Origin: Chrysemys picta bellii
Lineage: Eukaryota
NCBI RefSeq assembly: GCF_011386835.1
Contig: NC_088799.1
Coordinates: forward strand, 101,060,001 to 101,124,000
Length of the DNA: 64,000 bases
Direction of reading: 5' to 3'
The first letter of the stretch is position 1. Each line of letters opens with the position of its first letter. The translations under genes were made by a program, and so were the position numbers. The notes beneath the pieces are model-generated. The model was not told the DNA's origin. It saw only the letters and a program-made list of their open reading frames with translations, and ran no database searches. Shown here one piece after another: positions 49,266 to 60,002 of this stretch.

Positions 49266-52244
49266 GTCTAAAACTCCAGGATGACGACTGTGATCCTCAG
49301 GCACAGGGGAATGCCACCATCAGGGTAAAGCTCATCTGCGCAGAGACAGCTTTCTCGGGGTACGTCTACACAGCTGCAGGATCCTGGGAAAGCAAGTCTC
49401 AGAGTCCAGGTCTACAGACTTGGGGATAGGACGAGAGAGAGAACAAACCACATGTGACAGAGGTTAGTCACGTTGCTTGAGACATGACTGGGAGGTGTTC
49501 AGACACTACAATGAAGAGGGCAGTATAAAAAGCTATTTTTGTATAGCCTGGAACTGATGCACTCAAGTACAGTAATGGCATTGTAAAGGGCACCTAATTT
49601 GATCTTTGTCTCCATATACTTTATAGCTTAAATACACTTGTCCCAGTCATTAACAAGAGTATTTTTGGCACATGCAGGCCTTGTTGCACCAAATAATTTG
49701 GATCTTTAATTTATCGGTGACTCTGGTACCAGACTACAGGATTGTATTAGGAGAATGAAGCTCATTGTCAGAAGATTAAGGACTAAAATATAAAGGAAAC
49801 TTGGAAAGGAACAGAAGCCCATAAATAGCGTTGCCCATATGCATTATAATGAATTCTTAAGATACTATTATTATGTTAACAAGTTCTCTGTTATCCTGTA
49901 AAGGTCTCTGGCAGTCTCTATTGGCCATTAAGGCAAAGCAAGACAAAACATGCTGAAATTGTGAATTGAATGTTCACTGATGGAAAACCTATAATGTTAA
50001 GTGAATCAATTTCACTTCAGGTAAGGGAGATGATTGCTTCTTCAGTACTGCTGTTTGTATCATTAAAATCCAGAAAGAGACGCTGTGAGTAAAGGAGAGG
50101 ACGCTGATTTAAAAAAGAAAAACAAAAAGTTGGGAGAACATTGAAAACCTACCTGGTGAGCTTGGTTTCTAGAGAGACACAGAGGCCAGGCTCTAAGGGG
50201 CTGGCAGCGCTGTGGCAGAGGAGATCAGAATTTTGGAATAATATCAGGTGTTATCTACTCTCCACCAGTAGTTTGTGTATAAATCAAGATACTTACTTAC
50301 GTAGATGGTAAGCCTGGGTGTGAGGAAGGTGCTACATGAAGCAGTTTGCTAGACTAGAACCTCTTGCTGGCCAGTTCATGAAATCGCCTTAGTGGTAGGA
50401 TCCACCGTGGCAGCTGGTCTTCTCTCCAGCCAGGAGTATGGGCGGCGTTCAGGCTGTGGTAGAAAAGGCTGCAAAAGGGCGGTCAGAATTTAAGGGCCGC
50501 TAGGAGCCGGTTGTCAACATCTCACAGAGCTTCTTGCAAACACAACCGTTTCCATCTTAGTGAGTTTGGCCAACTGCGTCTTTGGGGGATCACAGCGGAC
50601 CAGCATGCTCAGCAACGTGGCCGTCATCGGGAGTTCTGTCACACCAGGCGGAAGCTATCCGACCAACTCCATTCAGTCCTAAGGAGCAAAGTCAGGCAGA
50701 CGCTTCAATGGGGATGCGCAGTGAGTGGAAGAGCTTGCAAGAGGTTATTTGACAGAGTTTGGATCTCTTCTGTAGAGCTCACTGCAGCTGTTAAAAGAAG
50801 AATATTCCTCTCATTTATCTCTTCTTCCCAGCCTCTTAAAGGGATCATTAGTGGTAAACCACAGCCACACTTGCCTTGCAACTATCTAGTGATTTAAGAT
50901 GGTCTAACGATGCATTTTGCTAACCTGTAATGCAGCCATTACATTGATAGGGGAGGAAAATCTGCTGAATCTCAGCTCCGATAATCGGCTCTCCCCCGGG
51001 CCTGCTGAACTCAGTGTGCTGCTCACATGTGTAGTGTTAAACACATACGTGTTTACAGACTCAGGGCATGTAACGTGTAGTTCCCATGTTGTTTGCTGGG
51101 AATCACAATCATGTGAGCAAAGCAGTATCCTGGAGATTAGAGACACCATGAGCATGAGACTAGAATGTGTTGCCATTAATTTGCCTGTTTAAAACATGGT
51201 TATAGTTGGGGGGAGGGGGGAATTATTGCCTCTACCCCTAAGGAATTTGTGAAATGTTAGTTTGGAGAGAGAGGATTCCTGTTTCTTTTTGACATAGTAA
51301 AGGTCAGTGATGACGAGCCCCCATTAAAGACTAATTGCCTACAACATAATTTTTCCATAGCGCGAGTATGGAAGTAACGTCTCAAACCACAAAAAATCAC
51401 TGTGGTTTTCACTCAATCAACAGACGTTAATGAAATGTTAAAGGGGAAAAAAATCTTGCCTAAAAGCAAGAACTGTGTTATAAATCCCTGCAAAGGGGGG
51501 TTTATAATTGAAACACTGACAGAACTATAACTACCATGCTTCAAATGACAGCTTAACAGGATTTAGCATAAGGATATACAAAGCCACAAAATGCTACGTC
51601 ACACTCACTAAGATTTTGCAAGGCAAGGTTGAGCATTAAGACTGGCACGCCAAGTTAAAACCTGTTCCTATGTCTCTGTCTTTATTCTGCCCCACTGCAT
51701 GTAGTTCCCATGCTGTATTACTGAGCTCTCAGACTGGGCGTTGCAATGGGTATGTGATTGTCACAGATTACGAGTGAAACAGAGAGGAAATCACTTACTG
51801 TTAAAAATAGCATTTCCCAATGCAATGCTGCAATATGTACATGTTTTCCGAAGAAACGAAAGTGCAAGTCAGCTTTCAGCTCTATTGCTGAAGAGAAGCC
51901 TATAGTATGGTGTGTCTGGAACTAGTCACTAAACAGACACTAAAATCTAAGCGATTAAGTCCTACATCTAGGGCTGGTTTTGCTGTGTGTCCCTGCGCAG
52001 AGTCTCAGATGAAAACACCAGTGGTCTGAAGACGGTAGCTTTGCCAGGTTGGCTGAAGGGCCCTGTGACCAACCCAGAAGAAGGGGTGCTTAGCTTTTCT
52101 CAGCTAGAAATCAGTTTGCGTATCTGGGTTTTGCTCTAGTATCTTGGATTGGCTCATCCGGATGAAATTATGACCCCCCCAGAATGCTGTCAAGCCAGGG
52201 AGCCCTGCACAGCTCTGCTATCACCTAATAGTAGCCTCTACTAA

Positions 52245-52529
52245 GACTATGTCTATGCTGCCCACAGTTTGGACTATAGGGGGGTGACTAGCTGTGCGCA
52301 CGAGAGTGCTGCACTATAACTTCCCTGTGTGGATGTTGCAGGCGTGAACTGAACAGTTCCTGCTTCGCATTAATGTAGCCCGGTTGGAAGAGGGCTACAT
52401 TCCCATGAACGAGGAACCTTCTAGATCGCACCTGTGATGGCCACACAGGGGAGTTGCCGCGCTGCACTCTGGTGTGCACTCCTATTCACACCCCTGTGGT
52501 GCAAACTGGAGGGCAGTGTAGACAAGCCC
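52245..52529. mobile_element. Fold-back PIF/Harbinger-type MITE (285 bp)
   Basis: TIRs gactatgtctatgc / gtgtagacaagccc, flanks TAA/TCA. The two halves are inverted copies along their length, with central arms aatgtagccc / gggctacatt. Confidence 0.8.
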
Positions 52530-53256
52530 TCAGGCTTCCCGGTAACACATAACTGTGAAGAGATAAATACCTGTAAATTGTTGATTGGAGCCAGTGCCTT
52601 CCTTTTTCTGCTGTTGCCAATTAATACACCACCAACACTCACTCGTTATCACCAGGTTTTTGGTACCTACTTTTCTGATACGAACACATCGAGAAGGAAT
52701 AACGCTGATGTCAGAAAATTGACTCTCCCTGGTCTTGTTTATCTTGAGAGTAGGTGAAAATTCAAGCTAGATACGATAATAGAATTAAAGAAGAAACCCT
52801 GCTTCTAAAACAACTCCCCTCCTCACAAGCTGACAAGAAATGTGAAGCATTTTTTCTTTTTCTTTTTGTTACTTCCAGCCATTTGGGAAACGGGGGCGGG
52901 GGGGAGGAGGAGGGGGCAGGGAATAGGAGTCTGTTGTTTTGACAAAAAGCAGCAGAGGGTGCTACGGATACAAGAGAGCAGCCAGGCAGCCTGCCCTGTT
53001 GTACTGAAGCTTTGAAACACAGCCACTGAAAAAGGATTACAGTCTTGACTGTGGAGGAGTGACTGGATCTTTAAGTAGAGCAAAAAGTTAAACTTCTAAA
53101 CATTTACTTCCAATTCTGAATATATTAATGACTTTTAAATGGCCCAAAGGTGGGAGCAATGCGTTACGGCCCTGATCCTGTATGTATCCTGCATACATTT
53201 ACCTTTACACTGAATTCCAGGGAACTACTCACATGTGTAGTTAAGCACACGCCTAA

Positions 53257-53462
53257 GATCAGTCTACGCTACTTAGTTATATGGACCTAAACCTTGGTGT
53301 AGACAGCGCTATGTCTACAGGGGGCGTCTGCTGTTGACACAGCCCCGCCTCTCGCGGGGGGGAGGTACTTACACTGACGGAGAAGCTCTCCCGTTGGCAT
53401 AGGTAATGTCTTCACTAAGTGCTACAGCGGCGCAGCTGCAGTGTCGTAAGTGTAGACAGGCC
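53257..53462. mobile_element. PIF/Harbinger-type MITE (206 bp)
   Basis: TIR-like gatcagtctacgc / gtgtagacaggcc with TAA on both flanks. The internal sequence is related to 55785-56010. Confidence 0.7.
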
Positions 53463-54865
53463 TAAGTCTGGGCCGGCTTGTGGCCAAGTCCCTGAGGTAG
53501 CTTGGCCCAGCGCCTGGCCCGATTGCTCAATTCAGTCAGAATGGTTTTGTTATTTTTAAAAGCCAAGAAAACATCAAGAGTGAAAATGAAATCTCTCGGG
53601 AGGGTCGTCCTCTGCATGACACCCCGCAACTCGACAGCAAGTAGGTGGCTGCAGTGAGGTATTTTACAGTGCTCGTAGGGCGCGTGCCAGTCACATCTCT
53701 TGCCGATCTCCACTGTACTGTCACGTCACCTTAACGTCTCCCTAGTGAGCAGTTCCTGTTCCAAGCTGTTTTGCCTTGCCCGGAGACGTGCCCTGTGAGG
53801 CCCCTGAGTAACTTTCATTACTGCACAGAGGCTGGTGGGTGTCGTAGACAGAGCCTCCGTCTCCTGAGTCACAGCTCCGGCGCACTTTCGAAACCCTGGA
53901 TGTTTAGCTTTAGTTTTTTAAAGCATCGCTTCATTGCGTTTACAGCACAGGTGGTTCTTTGGGTCCCCGCAAAATGTCACGTTGAAATACAGAGTGGAAA
54001 CAGCGTTCAAGGGCTGCTGCAGGAAAGCGTCTTTCCAGATCTTGTCTCCCATAGTGAAGAATTTGCAAAACTCTCAGGGAGGCTCTTGAATTATGGCTCT
54101 TCCGCTTCCTCATGATGCACTGCGAAAATAAATGCATTATTACCCTGCCCACTGTCATAGATCCATGTTCATAGATCCCTCTCTGGCTAGTCACATAGAG
54201 ATAGATTGACAGGCACAGCAGCACATGCAGAATTACCCAGCATTTATTCGGGCTAGTGACTCACCAAAGACCAAGGGTGTTTAGATGCACTGCTTGCATC
54301 ACTGTTCCAAACCGTCTGTACTGCAACGTTCTAATTAACTTCCCAGCAGCCCACAGATGGCCAGATGTTGCAGCGCTCCAATGGGAGCTCTGCCTGAGGC
54401 AGCTCAGGAGGGTTCCACCCACCATGTCTTGCTGTTTCCCACTGTCCATTCAAAGACTTGCCGACAACTTGTTAAAACAGCTGCTTCTCTTTCTGGGTGC
54501 ATCCCTTTTGGGGCACCCGGCTTCAGACACCAAGTTGTGCCGGATTTTAAGAGGCGCTTCCCACTTCGCTTGGAGTTTTAGCTGCTCGGTATCAGGCCCT
54601 AGATATCTCAGCAGAGGCACCTCAACTCAGAGGCCACCTGGGTGAAAAATATTGGCCGCGTTTTGAAAAGCAAACCTGCCACGGTCATTGTTAGCGTATG
54701 TCCACACAGGAAACGCTGTGGCTCAGTAGCCTACCCGAGCTAGTTTGAATCCAGATGGCGTGGTTAACAATAGCAGTGAAGAAAGACAGTGCAGCACGGA
54801 CTTCAGCGGGAGCGAGTGAGCGGACTTGTGCTCTCCTCTTCGAACGGTCTTCACTGTTATTGTCA

Positions 54866-54979
54866 CTCAGGAAAAACTTCCTCGCTGTAAGAATGGTCGG
54901 ACAACGGAACAAACTGCCTAGGGAAGTTGTGGAAGCTCCTTCAATGGAGGTTTTCAAAAAGAAGTTTCTGTCTTGGATG
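54866..54979 (+). mobile_element. CR1 ORF2 C-terminal (post-RT) fragment
   Basis: Translates RKNFLAVRMVGQRNKLPREVVEAPSMEVFKK, a typical CR1 C-terminus. Confidence 0.8.
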
Positions 54980-55011
54980 TAGGGTTGCCAGATGTCTGGT
55001 TTTTCAATTGG
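54980..55011. mobile_element. Isolated hAT left-end stub
   Basis: 'tagggttgccagatgtctggtttttcaattgg' resembles the left end of the 42954 element ('tagggttgccaagcgtccagttttcaactgg'). Confidence 0.55.
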
Positions 55012-56185
55012 TTGTGACTCTGAAGGTGGAAGGAAATGTGGGTGAAAGTGATCATGAAATGATATATTTCTTGATCCTGAGGACAGAAGGAGTCAGCGCA
55101 GCAGAATAAGATAAAGCAGTTCAAATAGGCAGGCTTTAACAAACTCAGAGAACTGGCAGGTAGGGTCCCCGGGAAGAAAATCGAAGGAATAAAGGGATTT
55201 ATGAGAATGGTGGTTTTTGAAGGAGACAATATTAAATGCACAACTATCCTGTTGCAGATGAAAGAATTGTAAGAGGCCACTATGGCTCCATCAGGAGCTC
55301 TTTAATGACCTGAAAACCAAAAAGGAATCCTACAAAAAGCAGAAACATGGACAAATTGTGAAGGAGGAGTACAAAAGAATAGCACAAGAATGTAGGGACA
55401 AAATCAGAAAGACTAAGGCACAAAATAAGTTACACTTGGCAGGGGACATAAAAGGCAATAAAAAGAGGTTCTTTAAATCCATTAGAAGCAAGAGAAAGAG
55501 GAAGGAAAGTCTAGATCCTCTACTTAGCAGGGAAGGAGATCTAATAACAGATGACATCAAGGAGGCTGAGGTGTTTAATGCCTATTTTGCTTCATTCTTC
55601 ACTAAAAAAGGTTAATGGTGGCCAGATACTCAACACAATTAATATTAACATCAAGGGAGAAGGAACGCAAGCCCAAGGAGGGAAAGAATGGGCTAAAGGA
55701 TATTTAGATAAGTTAGATATGTTCAAGTCATCAGGGACTGAGGAGTCATACTTGGGTATTAAGGTACTAGCTGAAGCCATCTTGGGTCTTGTCTACACAC
55801 AGCACTGTAGCACTCAGTGACAGTGCTACCCATTGGCGTAGGTACTCCACCTCCCTGAGAGGCGGTAGCTATATCAACGGGAGACGCCCTCTGGTCATCA
55901 TAGCACTGTCTACTCTGGGGGTTAGGTTGGTATAACTACATCACTCGGGATTTTCCACTCCCATGAGTGACATAATTATACCGCCATAAGTGTGTTGTGT
56001 AGACCAGGGCTTGGAACCATTGGGGATTAGCTTGGAGAACTCATGGAGGATGGGTGAGGTCCCAAACAACTGGAAAGGGGCAAACATAGTGCCTACCTTT
56101 CAAAGGGGGAACAAAGAGTGCCTGAGGAATTATCGACCTGTTAGCCCAACTTTGATACCTGGAAAGGTCATGGAATAAATTATTA
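55012..56185 (+). mobile_element. CR1 LINE ORF2 fragment (endonuclease end, tether, start of RT; frameshifted), interrupted by a MITE
   Basis: LKVEGNVGESDHEMIYF; IAQECRDKIRKTKAQNKLHLAGDIKGNKKRFFKSIRSKRK...AEVFNAYFASFFT; LENSWRMGEVPNNWKGANIVPTFQRGNKECLRNYRPVSPTLIPGKVME. Confidence 0.92.
55785..56010. mobile_element. PIF/Harbinger-type MITE (226 bp) inside CR1
   Basis: TIRs ggtcttgtctacac / gtgtagaccagggc. 3-bp TSD TTG (55782-55784, 56011-56013). Excision restores the CR1 frame (AEAILEPLGISLENSW). Confidence 0.9.
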
Positions 56186-57432
56186 AACAATCTGCTTGTA
56201 AGCATCAACCAAAAAGTGTCCCCCCTCAATGGCAAAAAATCATTTTTATAAAATTCTGCTGTAGGTTTCCTACCCAAACGTTAAAACATGATGCCAGAGC
56301 ACGAGACACAGGAAAGGAAATTGACTACAAGCTGACAGAGTGCCTAGAAACCCGAGAGAGATCAGGGCCCCTTTGGCCTGCATGCATGCTGTATAGACGC
56401 GTGGTAAAAGGCAGGTCCTGCCTTGAGGAGCTTCCATGAGAAATAGATAAGGCAGACAAAGGTGGGGGAAAGGAAGGATTATTATAAACATGGGCTAAAT
56501 CTGAGCTGGCAATGTCTCTTTATTGCGTGGTTTTGAATTTTTTGTGGGGATTTTCGTCTACTTGGCCCTATGTCAATGCAATCTAGTGTCTGGCCAGATT
56601 TCTCTCTTCCACAGCTTATATGAGCAAATGATTATCTATTGTTTTTCAGCTGTTCCTATTTCCCAAGGAGGAAGGCTGATTAGGTCGGGTCCAGTTCTCT
56701 TTTCCTGAACACTACAGGGCATTACGAGAGATGGTCATTTTACTTTGTATGAGCATGTGACTAAAACGGGGACCTGTATCAATATTAATTGATTGCCTGT
56801 CTCTTTTACATCTTCAAATGCTGCTGCTATGATTATTAATAAAATGCCAGTGAAAAATGTGGCTGCAATTCGGGTTGCTGCTGCTCTGTGTTTAAAGGGC
56901 AAGAACCAACATCAGCTGCTGTTTATCTCACTTCAAATCATCACACTCACTCTCTCCTCCCTCAGGTCCAGTGTTACGGGAGGGTCAGACCGTTATGATT
57001 GTGTTTTTCTCCCCCACTTCCAGTTGGGAAAGACCCCCCCTTACCCCTTATCTGCAAGCTGTGACTGCTTAAGGACAAAGCAAATGATTATCTACAAGTG
57101 TCAGATTGTGCCGCTCCGCTAGATCCCAGGAGAGTTGCCCGAGGTAAGAGCCTCAGTTGAGCATGAGTGAACCACTGAAATAACCATACCCAGCGTGCAA
57201 GAACTAGTCAGATACAGGAGACAGGTCAGATCCATGGGGAAGAGGAGCTCTGAACTGGAGAGGGCAACATCCAGCTTCACGTATCAGAACAAGGAAAGGA
57301 ACCACAAATCGTGTTAGAACACATGCTAATGAGGGAAGATGGACTACGCCAAGTTGTTCACCTGCCGGTATCCCTCATGAATGTAACTTGAAGTAAATCA
57401 CCTGGACACACCACTCCATACCTGGACAAGGT

Positions 57433-57905
57433 TCATAAATTCCTGGATTTTAAGTTCAGATAGTACCATGATGGTCATTTAGTCTGACCTCCTGTGTAAT
57501 ACAGAGATACCCCCAATGAATCCCGCATCAAGCCGAATTACTTCTGGTTGAACTAAAGCAGCGCTTCTCAAACTGGGGGTTGGGACCCCTCAGGGGGTTG
57601 CGAGCTTTTACATGGGGGTTGTGAGCTGTCAGCCTCCACCCCAAACCCCGCTTTGCCTCCAGCATTTATAATGGTGTTAAATATATAAAAAAGTGTTTTT
57701 AATTTATATTGGGGGGGGGGTCACATTCGGAAGCTTTCTATGTGAAAGGGGTCACCAGTACAAAAGTTTGAGAACCACTGAACTAAAGCATAGCTTTTAA
57801 CTAATATCCGGTCTTGATGTAAAGATTCCAAGTGATGGTGAATTCACCATAAGCCCACAGGCAAGCTGTTCTAATGGTTTATTACCTACCCTGTCAAAAA
57901 TGTGG
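57433..57905 (-). mobile_element. CR1 3' end interrupted by a hAT MITE
   Basis: 'tcata...gatggtcatttagtctgacctcctgtgtaat' and 'tcttgatgtaaagattccaagtgatggtgaattcacca...agctgttctaatggtttattacc' are reverse complements of CR1 3' sequence. Confidence 0.75.
57559..57780. mobile_element. hAT-Charlie-like MITE (222 bp)
   Basis: TIRs cagcgcttctcaaact / agtttgagaaccactg. Perfect 8-bp TSD AACTAAAG (57551-57558, 57781-57788). Closely similar to 25425-25647. Confidence 0.92.
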
Positions 57906-58139
57906 CTACTTTGTTTCTCTGTGTATTCTAGATAATAAGCTATCCTTGCTGTCTTTGGAAATTTCCAGAACATCATGTAGTGTAGGGAGATACCTAGTTT
58001 CATTACAATGTCACTGTGAGAGACATTATCATCATTCTGCAGACTGGAGACAAATTTGGTGTTAGCAGAATCGTTTGCTGACTCTAATTAGCTGATTAAT
58101 GCTCAGTAACTACAGTCCGGGGCCCCCTAGAAATAATAG

Positions 58140-58525
58140 ATGGGTAATAAGATGACTGGGGTCTTCTATGCTAAGAAGACTGGAAGGAACATTTGGCAAG
58201 GGACAGGTGGACAACTGGATGATGTGCTATCTCCCGGAGCCAAGATACAAGCTGTGTCTGCAAGATTGTGTAGGTGCCTGAAGGGGAGAGCAAGGCTTCA
58301 CTGGGACTGGATGTCTGCACTAATGACATTGCTTCATGTGGTACCTCACAGATTATAGCTGACTTCAGAGAACTTGGAAGGGGGCTGAAGGAGAGGAGTG
58401 CCCAAGGGAACTTTCCAGAGGTCCTTCCTGTCCTAGAAGTGAAGGAAGACAGAAGATTCTGGAAGTGAATGACTGGTTGGGTAAGTGTTGTTAGGTAGAG
58501 GGTTTGGGTTTTGTGTAATATTTGT
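58140..58525 (+). mobile_element. CR1 ORF1 SGNH-esterase domain relic (frameshifted)
   Basis: Pieces SPGAKIQAVSARL, DVCTNDIAS..SQIIADFRELGRGLKER..FPEVLPV and EVNDWLGK..EGLGFV match the CR1 ORF1p esterase pattern (LPGA..., VHVGTND, ...VN.WL..W...GFGF). Confidence 0.75.
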
Positions 58526-59439
58526 GCTCTCTCTGTAGGGAGAGGGAGCGCTATAGTTCCGATGGCTTCCATCTCATTAGAGGAGAAATCAATCTCCTTG
58601 GGGACAGACGGGCTAGGATAGTCGGGAGGGCATTAAATAATGAATCAACGGATACGTAAATAAATAAATAAAATAATTAAAGGAGGGTAATATAATTAAT
58701 GCCTATCAATGCGGGTTTATGGAAGTGGGATCATGTCAAACTAGCTTGTAATCTCATCAAAAAAGAATATCTAGTTTGGTTGACAAAGGTCATAGTGTCG
58801 CTGTACATACTTAGACTATGGTAAGGCGTTGGATTTGGTACAGCATGATATCTGAATTCAGAAAACCAGAACAATGCAAAGTAATATGACGCCCAGTGCT
58901 GATTTGGGGAGTCTGTTTGGACAATTTCTGAATTCTGAATGAGATGAGCTCTGTGTGTCTATCTTTACCAAGCTGCAAAGTCCATTCTTCATGTGCAGCC
59001 CCTTTGTTTTCTCTGTTGCCTGTTTGCCTCCATGTTGGACTGAAATTCTAGAGGCTGGTGGCAAAGGCATAACCAAAGAGGGTCATTCACTTAAATTCTC
59101 TCCCACTGAAATGGAATCACCAAACAGTAGACTGGCTCCCAGCCAGGAGAATTGGCTTATCAGGGGAGAGGTCACTTAGCAACAAAGTCACCTGGAAGGG
59201 GTCTCTGATCACTTAAGACGCTGATCCAGAGCTCACCCGACAGATGGGCTGAAAGATTATAAAAGTCAGAAGCCGCTTTATTTACTCTGGTGAGCTACGG
59301 AAGGTGGAGTCTGACCAGACCTGTGGCACATCCATTAAATGGATTGAAAACCAGCTCTGGTCTCAAAATGGTCGGAGGGGTCTCAAAATGTAATTGAACA
59401 GGTGTGTTTCTAAGGGGGTTCCACAGGGGCTGCTTCTTG

Positions 59440-59561
59440 TAGGGTGACCAGATGTCCCGATTTTATAGGGACAGTCCCGATTTTTGGGTCTTTTTCTTAT
59501 ATTGGCTCCTATTACCCCCACCGCTGTCCCGATTTTTCACACTTGCTGTCTGGTTGCCCTA
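59440..59561. mobile_element. hAT (Blackjack-like) MITE, 122 bp
   Basis: TIRs tagggtgaccaga / tctggttgcccta. 8-bp TSD GCTTCTTG/GCTTCATG. Same family as 46672, in the opposite orientation. Confidence 0.88.
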
Positions 59562-59634
59562 GCTTCATGGCCAGATGTAAGGTCATAGATCTAGGAACAA
59601 CGAATGCAGGCCATACTTACAGGATGGGAGACTC

Positions 59635-60002
59635 CAGGGCTGCCCAGAGGATTCGGGGGGCCTGGGGTCTTCGGCAGCGGGGGTCCTTCCGCTCCGGGTC
59701 TTCGGGGCTCTTCGGCGGTGGGTCCCGGAGCGAGTGAAGGACCCACTGCCGAATTGCTGCCGAAGACCCGGAGCGGAAGGACCCTCAGCCGCCGAATTGC
59801 CGCCGAAGATCCGGAGCGGAAGGAGCTCCGGGTCTTCAGCAGTGGGTCCTTCACTCGCTCCGGGTGTATTCACGGCACTGAAGGACCTGCCACTGAAGAC
59901 CTGCCGAAAACTCTCATGGGGGCCCCTGAAAACTCTTGTGGGGGCCCCTGCGGGGCCTGGGCCTAATTGCCCCATTTGTCCCCCCACCCCCGGGCAGCCC
60001 TG
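59635..60002. mobile_element. GC-rich hAT (Tip100-like) MITE, 368 bp
   Basis: Perfect 11-bp TIRs cagggctgccc / gggcagccctg. Perfect 8-bp TSD GGAGACTC (59627-59634, 60003-60010). Internal repeats of about 42 bp. Confidence 0.92.

Noticed and set aside
50511-50897. 128-aa plus-strand ORF in CpG-retaining sequence
   Set aside because: Non-ATG start, no family match and no flanking splice signals that fit.
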